Below are positions 10,683 to 19,624 of a DNA stretch of 64,000 bases, in pieces; position 1 is the first letter of the stretch; each line of letters begins with the position of its first letter. The notes under the pieces were generated by a model. It was not told the DNA's origin, did not search any database, and was given only the letters and a program-made list of their open reading frames with translations. The stretch spans positions 124,001 to 188,000 of the forward strand of contig NZ_JAJQXW010000002.1 in assembly GCF_021246445.1 (NCBI RefSeq). The letters are read 5' to 3'. This stretch comes from Rhabdothermincola salaria (GTDB lineage: Bacteria; Actinomycetota; Acidimicrobiia; Acidimicrobiales; Acidimicrobilacustridaceae). Position numbers and translations under genes: made by a program.

Positions 10683-11567
10683 TCAGGTCAGCTCGGCGAG
10701 CACCTCGAGCGTGGCGTCGCGGTTGGCGTAGGGCACGGCCACGAACTCCGTCGCCCCCGCCTCCCGCACCCGCTCGATGCCGGCCTTCACGGCGGCGGCG
10801 TCGCCGACGATCGCCACGTCGGCCGGTCCGGCGACACCTTCGCGGTCGAGCATGGCCCGGTAGGACGGCAGGAAGCCGTACATCTGGAACTGCTCGGCGG
10901 CTCGTTCGCGGGCGGCGCCCTCGTCGTCGGTGACGCACACCGGGAGCGCGCAGACGATGCGGGGCGCCGGTCGACCCGCGTCCGCGGCGGCGGCACCGAT
11001 GGTGGGGGCCACGTGATCGGCGATGGTGGCCGGACCGGTCATCCAGGTCACCGTGCCCTCGGCCCGCCGCCCGGCGACGCCCAGCATCTGGGAGCCGAGC
11101 GCGGCGACCAGCACGGGGACGGGTGCCGCCTCGGGGACGTCGAGGGCCAGCTTGGCGGTGAGGGTCTCCCCTTCGAAGTCGGCTGCCTCGCCCCGCACCA
11201 ACGGCAGCAGGATCGACAGGTACTCGCGCAGGTGGCGCACCGGCTTGTCCCAGGACAACCCGAGCATCCCTTCGATCACGAGCTGGTGCGACAGGCCGAT
11301 GCCGAGGGTGAAGCGCCCGCCCGAGGTCTGTTGGAGGGTGAGCGCCTGGGCGGCCAGCATCATCGGATGGCGGGGGAAGGTGGGCACGACCGCGGTGCCC
11401 AGCTCGATGTCGGGCACCTCGTGGGCGGCCACGGTGAGGGCGGTGATGGCGTCGATGCCGAAGATCTGCGGCATCCAGACCGACGCGAACCCCGCGTCGG
11501 CGACCCGGCGGACATCCCCGACGGCGGCGGTGACGGTGGAGGGTTGGGTGAACACGCCGATGCGCAC
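10683..11567 (-). CDS. F420-dependent LLM-class oxidoreductase (TIGR03564-like)
   Basis: WMPQIFG, ELGTAVVPTFPRHP, GRFTLGIGLSH, YGFLPSYRAMLDREG. Confidence 0.9.
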   Translation of the reverse strand: MRIGVFTQPSTVTAAVGDVRRVADAGFASVWMPQIFGIDAITALTVAAHEVPDIELGTAVVPTFPRHPMMLAAQALTLQQTSGGRFTLGIGLSHQLVIEGMLGLSWDKPVRHLREYLSILLPLVRGEAADFEGETLTAKLALDVPEAAPVPVLVAALGSQMLGVAGRRAEGTVTWMTGPATIADHVAPTIGAAAADAGRPAPRIVCALPVCVTDDEGAARERAAEQFQMYGFLPSYRAMLDREGVAGPADVAIVGDAAAVKAGIERVREAGATEFVAVPYANRDATLEVLAELT

Positions 11568-11643
11568 GGTGAGGCTCCTCTCGCGCGACGAGGGCCGGCC
11601 CCCCGCCTGCCCCGCGACGCTAACTGCTCCGCTGCCGGGTCGA

Positions 11644-12063
11644 TCAGTCGTCGGGGCGCACCGGGCGCCGATCCCGCTTGCGGGCGGCGCGCTGGCGCTT
11701 GGCCGCCAGACGCTTCTCCACCGCCCCCTTGCGGGGCCGGGTCGGGCGCCGGGGAGGCCGGACCACCAGGGCGGTGGCCAGGGTCCGGCGCAGCCGGTCG
11801 GCGGCCAGCCGGCGGTTGCGCAGCTGGGACCGCTCGTCGTCGGCCGCGGCCGTCACCACCGGTCCGAGACGGTCGAGGAGCCGGCGACGGTCGCCGTCGC
11901 GCAGCGACGGCGACGTGGCCACGTCGAAGCGCACCTCGGCCCGGGTGTGGGCCCGGTTGGCGTGCTGGCCCCCGGGACCGCCGGAGGGTCCGAAGCGCCA
12001 CTGCAGCTCGTGGGCGGGGATCCGGACCCCTGCCGACACCACCAGCTCGTCGTCGGCGCTCAT
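11644..12063 (-). CDS. arfB: Alternative ribosome rescue peptidyl-tRNA hydrolase
   Basis: SGGPGGQHAN (GGQ), RSQLRNR, basic C-terminal tail. Confidence 0.93.
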   Translation of the reverse strand: MSADDELVVSAGVRIPAHELQWRFGPSGGPGGQHANRAHTRAEVRFDVATSPSLRDGDRRRLLDRLGPVVTAAADDERSQLRNRRLAADRLRRTLATALVVRPPRRPTRPRKGAVEKRLAAKRQRAARKRDRRPVRPDD

Positions 12064-12086
12064 GCACCGGAGCCTACGCTCGGCCC

Positions 12087-12302
12087 ATGACCGGCTCCGA
12101 GTGGATCACCGCCTTCGCCGAGCGCCTCGGCCTCCCCGCCCTCGACGACGACGCCGTGGAGGCGCTCCTCGACCTCGCCGGCGTCGCCGCCCACGCCTCC
12201 GAACGGCTGGCCGCCCCGCTCACCTGCTACCTGGTGGGTGTGGCCGGCATGGCCCCGGCCGAGGCCCTGGCGGTCGCCCGCGAGATGGCGGACGCCGACT
12301 GA
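12087..12302 (+). CDS. DUF6457-like small protein
   Basis: LLDLAGVAAHASERLAAPLTCYLVG. Confidence 0.8.
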   Translation: MTGSEWITAFAERLGLPALDDDAVEALLDLAGVAAHASERLAAPLTCYLVGVAGMAPAEALAVAREMADAD

Positions 12303-12318
12303 CGCCGGCAGCGCCTTC

Positions 12319-14262
12319 TCACCCCACCTCGCCGAGGGCACCGACCCCGAGATAGGTCTCGGCGAACGCCCCGACCGCCACGGGGTGGCCGAAGAGCCAG
12401 CCCTGCCCGAACTCGCACCCCGCCCGGCGCAGGGGGACCATCTGCTCCTCGTGCTCCACCCCTTCGGCCACGACCTCGCGGCCGAGGGTGCGCAACAGCT
12501 CGACGATGCGCACCACGAAGTCGTCGGCCACCGGGTCCGAGCCCATCTCCGCGATGAAGCTGCGGTCGACCTTGACGGCGTCGAAGGGCATGGTGCGCAC
12601 CATCTGCAGCGACGACCACCCGGTGCCGAAGTCGTCGAGCACCAGCGACACACCCAGGTCGCGGAGCTCGGAGAGGCGCTCCACGACGAGATCCACGTCG
12701 GCCGCCAGCACATGCTCGGTGAGCTCGACGACCAGCCGACCGGGTTGCACCTGGCACCGTCGCAGCGCGTCCTGGACCACGGCGACGAGGTCGTCGGCGA
12801 GGAGCTGGGTGGCCGAGAGGTTCACCGCCACCAGCACCGGGGCCAGGTCCGAGCGGTCGGGCCATCCGGCGGCCACCTCGATCGCCTTGGTGATGGTGTG
12901 CACGGAGATGGCGCCCATGAGCCCGGAGTCCTCGGCCACCTGGAGGAACTCCGCTGGCGACCGGAGGCGGCCGTCGTCGTGGCGCCAACGCAGCAACGCC
13001 TCGGCGGCCACGACCTGACGGTCGGACAACCGCACGATGGGCTGGCACCAGACCTCGAGGGAACCGTCGTCGAGGGCGGCCCGGAGACCGACTTCGGTGC
13101 GCTGGCGCTCGCCGACCGCACGGCGAGTGGTGTCGTCGGCCAGCACGACCCGACCGCGACCTCGGCGCTTGGCCTCGTACATGGCGTGGTCGGCGTCGGC
13201 GATCCACGCTTCGGGATCACGCCACCGGGCGCCGGTGCCGTCGTCGACGGAGATGCCGATGCTGGCGGCGATGCGGAGGTGGGACTCGGGCTCGGTGGCG
13301 TTGTTGAGGGCGAGGGCCAGGCGGCGCCCGACCGCGGCGGCTGCCTGCTCCGGATCGCCCGGATCCAGGGCGTCGCACAGCACGGCGAACTCGTCGCCGC
13401 CGAAGCGAGCGGCCACGTCGCCGACCCGCACGACGCGGCGCAGGGCGTCGGCCACCCGCTCGAGCAGGGCGTCACCGGTGGAGTGGCCGTAGGCGTCGTT
13501 GACCTGCTTGAAGCGGTCGAGGTCGAACAGCAGCACGGCCGAGGGCCGGCGCGGCCCTTCGAGGTGCCGACGCAGCGCCTCGGTGAACCCGGTCCGGTTG
13601 GCCAGCCCGGTGAGGTCGTCGACCAGGGCCCGGCGACGCAGCTCCGATGCCACTCGGTGGCTCGAGCGGGCCAACCCCAGCAGGCGCGAGGCCTCCTCGG
13701 CGGCCGAGAACGAGGAGGTGGCCAGGACCTCGGCCAGCGCGGACACGTCGGCGGGCAGCGCGGCGAGCTCGACGTCGCCCTGGTCGGCGACCAGATGGCG
13801 CACGAGGTCGACGATCTCGTCGAGCGACCGCGACGCGGCGATGGCTTCGAGGACCTGGGCGGTGCCGGCCAGCAGACGGTCGCTGCGGCGCCGATCGGTG
13901 GCGTTGCGCGTGGTCAGCACGATCCCGTTCAGGTCGGGGTCGTCGAGGCGGTTGCGGGCGGTGAACTCCACCCACGCCCAGCCGCCGTCGCGATGACCGA
14001 CCCGCACCTCACCGTGGACCTCTGCCCCCGGGGCGCTGAGCACCTCGAGCCGGGCCGCCCGGTAGAGGGCGATGTCGTCGGGGTGGAGCAGGTCCTCGAC
14101 GCTGAGCGACGCCAGGCTCTCGTAGCCGAGGGTGGGCTCGGTGTTGCCGCCCTCGTAGCGCACGCGGCCATCAGGCCCGAGCAGGGTCACCGTCTCGGCT
14201 GAGTTGCGCAGCAACTTGGCGAGGGCGTCGGCTCCGATCGTGGGATGGTGCAGGTCGGTCAC
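12319..14262 (-). CDS. PAS-GGDEF-EAL diguanylate cyclase/phosphodiesterase
   Basis: PAS (LHPDD), DDLTGLANR, ARFGGDEF, EALLRW, DDFGTGWSSL, AEGVE. Confidence 0.95.
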   Translation of the reverse strand: MTDLHHPTIGADALAKLLRNSAETVTLLGPDGRVRYEGGNTEPTLGYESLASLSVEDLLHPDDIALYRAARLEVLSAPGAEVHGEVRVGHRDGGWAWVEFTARNRLDDPDLNGIVLTTRNATDRRRSDRLLAGTAQVLEAIAASRSLDEIVDLVRHLVADQGDVELAALPADVSALAEVLATSSFSAAEEASRLLGLARSSHRVASELRRRALVDDLTGLANRTGFTEALRRHLEGPRRPSAVLLFDLDRFKQVNDAYGHSTGDALLERVADALRRVVRVGDVAARFGGDEFAVLCDALDPGDPEQAAAAVGRRLALALNNATEPESHLRIAASIGISVDDGTGARWRDPEAWIADADHAMYEAKRRGRGRVVLADDTTRRAVGERQRTEVGLRAALDDGSLEVWCQPIVRLSDRQVVAAEALLRWRHDDGRLRSPAEFLQVAEDSGLMGAISVHTITKAIEVAAGWPDRSDLAPVLVAVNLSATQLLADDLVAVVQDALRRCQVQPGRLVVELTEHVLAADVDLVVERLSELRDLGVSLVLDDFGTGWSSLQMVRTMPFDAVKVDRSFIAEMGSDPVADDFVVRIVELLRTLGREVVAEGVEHEEQMVPLRRAGCEFGQGWLFGHPVAVGAFAETYLGVGALGEVG

Positions 14263-14276
14263 GGGGGGACGGAGGT

Positions 14277-14951
14277 TCAGGCGTCGCCGAGGAAGGCGGC
14301 GACGGAGGGCTCGGGGGGCCGGGCGATCACGGCTCGATCGCCCGACTCGAGCACCGGCCGCTGCATGAGCTCCGGGTGTTCGACGAGGAGGTCGACCACG
14401 GCGGTCGCCTCGCCGTAGGCGGCCTTGTCGAGGCCCAGCTCCTTGAAGCGGTCGTCCTTGCGGACCAGGTCGGCCACGTGGCCGTCGAGGTGGCCGACCA
14501 GGCGCTCGAGGTCCGCCCTCGCCGGAGGCTCCTTCAGGTAGAGCACGGTCTCGAACTCGACGCCGCGCTCCTCGAGAGCGGCAAGGGCCTGGCGCGAGTT
14601 CGAGCAGCGGGGGTTGTGGAAGAGGGTCAGGGCGGCCATGACGGTGATCGTAGAGGGGCTGGATGGGCGGTTCTTCCCGGGGTGGAGGAGCCCGCGTGGG
14701 GCACGGGGTCGGCGCAGGCCGGCGGCGCGGAGACGCCGCACCAGCTCACGGCCGTCGACCTCGACGGCCCCCAGCAGCACGGCCTCGGCCCGCATCTCCT
14801 CGGGGATGTCGTAGTGGTCGGCGTGAAAGGCCCTCGGGGGCAGACCGAGGTGGGCGGCGAAGGCGTGGAGCTCGTCGTGGTCGGAGTCGCTGACCATGTG
14901 CGACCAGCGGCGGCCGCGGAAGGTCCACACAGGAGGGTCGACGAGGATCAC
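14277..14951 (-). CDS. In-frame DUF4031 + ArsC/Spx-like arsenate reductase ORF (ArsC probably starts at ATG 14639)
   Basis: N-part WSHMVSD...ELHAFA...HYD (DUF4031); C-part HNPRCSNSR...LMQRP (ArsC); no stop between them. Confidence 0.8.
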   Translation of the reverse strand: MILVDPPVWTFRGRRWSHMVSDSDHDELHAFAAHLGLPPRAFHADHYDIPEEMRAEAVLLGAVEVDGRELVRRLRAAGLRRPRAPRGLLHPGKNRPSSPSTITVMAALTLFHNPRCSNSRQALAALEERGVEFETVLYLKEPPARADLERLVGHLDGHVADLVRKDDRFKELGLDKAAYGEATAVVDLLVEHPELMQRPVLESGDRAVIARPPEPSVAAFLGDA

Positions 14952-15988
14952 GGGCGGTGCCCCTCAGGAATGGTCCCGACGGCGGTGTCCCCGGCGTCGG
15001 CGACCGGGGCGGTGCGCCCGCCGGAGGTCGGCGGAGTCCCGTTCTTCGTGGACCCGGAGATCGGGTGCACCATCTCGTCGGGGAGCGCCCACGGGTCCCG
15101 GGGCAGGCGGTCGGGGTCGAAGCGCGCCAGCAGGGTCGGTGCGTCGACGGCCTCGTGGGGCTCGGCCAGGCCCAGCGAGGCACCCATGGCGGCCAGCACC
15201 CGGCCGGGCGTGCGACCCGCCGCTCGCTGGTCGGTGAGCGTCACCGAGCCGTGGCGCTTGGCCAGGCGCTCGCCATCGGGCCCCAACACGAGCGGGACGT
15301 GCGCGTAGGTCGGCTCGGGCAGGCCGAGCCAGCGGCCCAACAGGATCTGGCGCGGGGTGCTGTCGAGGAGGTCGTCGCCGCGCACCACCTCGCCGATGCC
15401 CTGGTCGGCGTCGTCGACCACGACCGCCAGGTTGTACGCCGGCGCGCCGTCGGCCCGGCGGACCACGAAGTCGTCGACCACGCCCCGACCGGGGCCGTGG
15501 ATCCGATCGTGGAAGCTGGCTTCGGCCGCCTCGGCCCGGACCCGCAGCGACGGGCGCCGCCCTCCCGCTTCCCGCTCGGCCCGCCCGGCCCGGTCGAGCC
15601 GGGCGCAGGTGCCCGGGTAGGCATCGGCCGGCAGCGGGCCGTGAGGGGCGCTCACCGACGCCTCGAGCTCGGCGCGCACCTCCCGCCGGGTGCAGTAGCA
15701 GGGGTAGGTGCGGTCCTCGGCCACCAGCCGGGCGATGGCCGCCTCGTAGTGCTCGTGCCGTTCGCTCTGGCGCACGATCGGCCCGTCGTGGTCGAGGCCG
15801 AGCGCCGCCATGTCGGCGAGGGCGGAGGCTTCGTGTTCGGGGCGCGAGGCCACGGCGTCGAGGTCCTCGATGCGCAGCAGGAAGCGGCTCCCGTCGTGGC
15901 GGGCGAAGAGCCAGGCCAACAGCGCGGTGCGCAGGTTGCCGAGGTGGAGGGGCCCGGTGGGGCTGGGAGCGAAGCGGCCGTCGGGCAC
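14948..15988 (-). CDS. gluQ: Glutamyl-Q tRNA(Asp) synthetase
   Basis: GRFAPSPTGPLHLGN, YPCYCTR, YPGTC, AYNLAVVVDD, RGDDLL, RLAKR; no anticodon-binding domain. Confidence 0.92.
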   Translation of the reverse strand: MPDGRFAPSPTGPLHLGNLRTALLAWLFARHDGSRFLLRIEDLDAVASRPEHEASALADMAALGLDHDGPIVRQSERHEHYEAAIARLVAEDRTYPCYCTRREVRAELEASVSAPHGPLPADAYPGTCARLDRAGRAEREAGGRRPSLRVRAEAAEASFHDRIHGPGRGVVDDFVVRRADGAPAYNLAVVVDDADQGIGEVVRGDDLLDSTPRQILLGRWLGLPEPTYAHVPLVLGPDGERLAKRHGSVTLTDQRAAGRTPGRVLAAMGASLGLAEPHEAVDAPTLLARFDPDRLPRDPWALPDEMVHPISGSTKNGTPPTSGGRTAPVADAGDTAVGTIPEGHRP

Positions 15989-16165
15989 CCTTCCATCGTG
16001 CCGCGACCACCCCCTGATCGGCGACCTCGTCCGGGCAGGACTCCTGCGCCCTGAAGCCCGAGAACCGGCGCGGTCCAGGTCGACGTCCGACCATCAGGGA
16101 CAAAGATGCCCACACATCGGGGACGCTGCAGCACTGGGCGGATCGTCTGGCTGTGAGATCCTGCG

Positions 16166-16990
16166 ATGGTGAGATCGCGGCTCCTCGGGCGCACACCTGA
16201 ACGGCGCCGCCAGTCCGTCGCTCTCGTGCTGCTGGCAGGCGCAGCGGTGGGTGTTTTGGGTGGACTCATCGGTCTGGGTGGCGCCGAGTTCCGACTGCCT
16301 TTGCTGATCGGAGCGTTCGGTTTCGCTGCGCTGCACGCCGTGATCCTCAACAAGGCCATGAGCCTCGTGGTCGTGGCCGCGGCTCTCCCGGTACGACTCT
16401 TCGCCGTGCCCTTGGCCGACATGGCCGCTCACTGGGATGTCGCCGTGAACCTGCTCGCCGGGAGTCTCATCGGCGCCTGGCTGGGAGCGGGTTGGGCGAC
16501 GCGACTGCGCAGCGATGTCCTCTACCGAGTGCTCGCAGTACTGCTGGTGGGGATCGCCGTCGTGCTGTTCGCATCGCACCAAGGCGACATGGGCTCACTG
16601 GGCCTCGATGGGCTCCTGCTCGTTGTCGTGGGCGTTGCCGCCGGTGTCGGGATCGGGGTCGTCGCCTCGGTGATGGGGGTTGCGGGGGGCGAGCTGTTGA
16701 TTCCCACGATCGTTCTGCTCTACGGCCTCGACATCAAGCTCGCCGGCAGCATGTCGCTCGCCGTGTCACTGCCCACCATGGTCGTCGCCTTCAGTCGATA
16801 CAGCCAGGACACAAGCTTCGCGATCCTTGGAGAGCACCGCCGCTTCGTCGTGATGATGGCCGCTGGGTCGCTCGCTGGATCCGTGTTGGGAGGGGTGCTG
16901 GTGGGGGTCGTACCGGGGGCGCTTCTGATCCCAGCCCTCAGCATGATCCTCCTGGTGAGCGCGGTGAAGGTTTGGCGTCACCAGACGTAG
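16166..16990 (+). CDS. Sulfite exporter TauE/SafE family membrane protein
   Basis: GGLIGLGGAEFRLP and MGVAGGELLIP repeats; multiple TM segments. Confidence 0.88.
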   Translation: MVRSRLLGRTPERRRQSVALVLLAGAAVGVLGGLIGLGGAEFRLPLLIGAFGFAALHAVILNKAMSLVVVAAALPVRLFAVPLADMAAHWDVAVNLLAGSLIGAWLGAGWATRLRSDVLYRVLAVLLVGIAVVLFASHQGDMGSLGLDGLLLVVVGVAAGVGIGVVASVMGVAGGELLIPTIVLLYGLDIKLAGSMSLAVSLPTMVVAFSRYSQDTSFAILGEHRRFVVMMAAGSLAGSVLGGVLVGVVPGALLIPALSMILLVSAVKVWRHQT

Positions 16991-17244
16991 ATGGGCAGCG
17001 GTCGATCCCCCATGCCCTCACCGTTGATGGGCCCCAAGTCGTCGCAGAGCGCAGACCGCCCCGAAACGCCGGATCAGAGCGCCGGCTCGGGGCTGGACTG
17101 GTGCTGCCGCTGCCGTTTCGCCATGCGCCGGTCGGAAACGGTGAGGGGACTTCGATGGCCGGCGGGATGACGTGTTGCAAGCGCTGAACCATTAGGGCCA
17201 GCAAAGCCGCGAGGTTCAGCGCCACATTCTGGTGAAGAACTCCA

Positions 17245-17514
17245 TCACGCTCGGCCGGTGCGCTCGCGGTGCTTGCAACCCGGCCAGCAGCAAGGCCGGC
17301 GCTGGCCTTCCTCGAGCTCCTCCCCGGTCCGCCGGATCCGCCGTTCCCGAGTGACCTGCTGCTTCGCGTCCTCGACCCAGCAGATGAACTCGTTTCGGGC
17401 GAGGGGGGTGATGTCGCGCCACGCATCGAGCGCGGTGGAGCTGGCGACCAACGCGTCGCGCAGGTCGCCAGGTAGCTCGTGGACCACCCCGCCGGGCACG
17501 GATGAATCGCTCAC
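17245..17514 (-). CDS. YdeI/OmpD-associated family protein
   Basis: GVVHELPGDL...WRDITPLARNEFICWVEDAK...TRERRI...RRPCCWPGC. Confidence 0.85.
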   Translation of the reverse strand: MSDSSVPGGVVHELPGDLRDALVASSTALDAWRDITPLARNEFICWVEDAKQQVTRERRIRRTGEELEEGQRRPCCWPGCKHRERTGRA

Positions 17515-17523
17515 GAGCGCACG

Positions 17524-17810
17524 CTAACGCCCTACCCCGTCGCCATCGACCGCCGCCAGCAGCGCAGCGAGTTCGATCTTCTCCATGGACATCATCGCGG
17601 CCATGCCCCGTGCGGCCCTCCGTTGATGGCGGTGAACCGGGTCCGGTCGAGGCGGAAGTCCACCGTCACGGGCGTGCCCGCCGGGCCCGGGCCGACGTCG
17701 GTGTAGTTGGTGACGAGGTCGATCCCCGAGTTCGGGAAGACCGAGCAGTAGAACTCGGCGACCTCGAGCGCCTCGCTGTCGAACCACAGGTTGGTGATGA
17801 TCGCCGGCAT
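17524..17810 (-). pseudogene. VOC/PhnB-family gene with out-of-frame internal deletion
   Basis: N-half to ...FTAINGGP joins in another frame to C-terminal AARGMAAMMSMEKIELAAL; the central CGWLKD/FGVSWQ segment is missing. Confidence 0.8.
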
Positions 17811-18229
17811 CAGCCCTGCTCCTCGGTCTCACCGCTGAGCATCCACGACACACCGAAGCGGTCCACGCACGCCCCGAACAGCGGCGACCAGAACACCGGC
17901 TCGAGCGGCATCTGCACCTCGCCACCGTCGGCCAGCGCATCGAAGGCCCGGCGGACTTCGTCGAGGTCCTCGTAGCTCAGGTGGAGCGCCACACCCTTCA
18001 CACCGCCGCCGTCGCCGGTGGGGTCGTCCGAACCCATGATCAGCGATCCGTCGGGCAGGGTGAGCGCTGCGTGCATCACTGCGTCCGGGGCCATCTCCAT
18101 GCCCGGATCCTCACCCTCGGGGATCTCCGACGCCGCCATGATCTCGAGTTCTCCGCCGAGGACGGCCTGATAGCGCGTCATGGCCTCTCGCGCCATGCCG
18201 GAGAAGAACAGGTACGGGTACAACGACAT
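17810..18229 (-). CDS. VOC/PhnB glyoxalase-like protein
   Basis: LYPYLFFSG.AREAM..Y, VMHAAL, MGSD, FWSPLFGACVDRFGVSWM. Confidence 0.92.
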   Translation of the reverse strand: MSLYPYLFFSGMAREAMTRYQAVLGGELEIMAASEIPEGEDPGMEMAPDAVMHAALTLPDGSLIMGSDDPTGDGGGVKGVALHLSYEDLDEVRRAFDALADGGEVQMPLEPVFWSPLFGACVDRFGVSWMLSGETEEQG

Positions 18230-18264
18230 CGGGACCTCCTGGTAGCGAGCACGTTCGTCACTCC

Positions 18265-18295
18265 TATGGACGGAGCCAGCATCGCAAACTCATCG
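18265..18295 (-). promoter_or_regulatory. SigG-type ECF promoter upstream of the VOC operon
   Basis: Minus strand reads CGATGA-N18-GTCCATA, matching the mycobacterial SigG consensus CGATGA-N18-GTCNNTA. Confidence 0.7.
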
Positions 18296-18446
18296 CGACG
18301 ATGACGGCTGGGTCGGAGGAGAGATTGAGCTCGCCAGGCACCTGCCCCCGATCGCCGGGATCGGGTCGGGATGAATCGGCACTTCCTGCTCGGACTCGAG
18401 ACCAGAGGGCCCGAGCCGGGGGTCGGGTCTGGCCGTGTCGCTCGCC

Positions 18447-18515
18447 CGATTTGCCCACGTCGTAGCGACAACCTCGGCGGTGACTTCACGTTGTCGCTAC
18501 GACGTGGGCATTTTC
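18447..18515. repeat. REP-like palindrome copy 1 (21-bp perfect stem, 17-nt loop)
   Basis: tgcccacgtcgtagcgacaac (18452-18472) pairs with gttgtcgctacgacgtgggca (18490-18510). Confidence 0.92.
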
Positions 18516-18704
18516 ACAGTCGGCGCCACCGCCCCGGAACGCCGGTTATCCGGGTGACCCACCTCCTGGGCTCTGAGGCCCCGGTAGACCGGCACCTCGG
18601 ATCGCAGGCCGGACCTGCGATGCTCCTGGAGTGGCCGGCGGACGGATGCGATTCGAGTTGCCGCTGCCCACCGTCTCGCATGCAGCTCCTCTACCCTGCG
18701 GGTT

Positions 18705-19172
18705 GTGTGGGCCTGGCGGACAGCAGCACCTGGCGAGGACGCTGTCGCGGGTTGGTGGACCCGAGGTCGTCGTCGATGGCGACACCTCAGGTTCGGGTGG
18801 AGGCTCCTCTCGTGGGTCGTCGTGGCCTCCGTTGCCTTCGTGGCGGCGTCGCTCGCTGTCGGCCTCTTCGGTGCGAGTCTCGCTCTCGAGAGTGTCGGTG
18901 GGGTCCGAGAAGCGACGGCCTACATCGACTCCGAGCACAGCTGGTTTCCCCCCGGAACGCGCTACACCGTGGTCGTCGACGGGCAACCGCAGGAAGTGCT
19001 CCAGCCCTGGCATTCGGCTGGCGGTGACGCACTCTTTGTTGGTCTCGTTGCGGGAGGTCTTGCCGCGACGACCGTTGCCGTTGTCTTCGTCGCTGCGCTC
19101 GGAGTGCCAAGGACCCAGAGGCGGCGCCGGGCGGGTCCGACCGCGCCGCTCGCCGATTTGCCCACGTCGTAG
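18705..19172 (+). CDS. Hypothetical two-TM membrane protein between the palindromes
   Basis: Two hydrophobic stretches; the TAG stop lies inside palindrome copy 2; start uncertain. Confidence 0.5.
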   Translation: MWAWRTAAPGEDAVAGWWTRGRRRWRHLRFGWRLLSWVVVASVAFVAASLAVGLFGASLALESVGGVREATAYIDSEHSWFPPGTRYTVVVDGQPQEVLQPWHSAGGDALFVGLVAGGLAATTVAVVFVAALGVPRTQRRRRAGPTAPLADLPTS

Positions 19173-19222
19173 CGACAACCTCGGCGTCGACGTCACGTTG
19201 TCGCTACGACGTGGGCATTTTC
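19154..19222. repeat. REP-like palindrome copy 2 (21-bp perfect stem, 17-nt loop)
   Basis: Arms 19159-19179 and 19197-19217 identical to copy 1; loop differs at 3 positions. Confidence 0.92.
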
Positions 19223-19226
19223 GACC

Positions 19227-19538
19227 TCATGCCGCTTCGGGTGACTCAGCTTCGATCGCGCGCACTCTCACCGAGATCCGATGGGCCGTCGAGCGGGGCA
19301 TGTGGCCAGGCCCGTAGACACCCCGCCCGAGCCGCACCACCCGGCCACGCCGCACCTCGGCGCGCAGGGCATCGGAGACCACCTTCGAGGGACGCCCTGG
19401 GATTTGCACGCCTCGACCCTGCAAGAACTGGACGAGCTCCGGCACACGAACCTGCCCCACTCGGTGGATGTACCACGTCAGCAAGTAGCGAAATTCGAGG
19501 GACCCGACGTTCCAGTAGGTGATCGACGACGTTGGCAT
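19227..19538 (-). CDS. Small winged-helix-like hypothetical protein
   Basis: FRYLLT...GRPSKVVSDALRAEVRRGRVVRLGRGVY; wing motif resembles AbiEi N-terminal domains. Confidence 0.7.
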   Translation of the reverse strand: MPTSSITYWNVGSLEFRYLLTWYIHRVGQVRVPELVQFLQGRGVQIPGRPSKVVSDALRAEVRRGRVVRLGRGVYGPGHMPRSTAHRISVRVRAIEAESPEAA

Positions 19539-19624
19539 GCCTCGATGGTCCCAGGCCGCTGTGACAATCCGGAGCGGCGCGGTCGACACGGTCGGCGAGT
19601 AGGAACCAGGCCCGCCGTCGAGGA

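Noticed and set aside
18447..19222. Palindromes as a CRISPR array or integron attC sites
   Set aside because: Only two copies 707 bp apart, no cas or intI gene; the AAC/GTT triplets are at the inner ends of a perfect stem with no extrahelical bases
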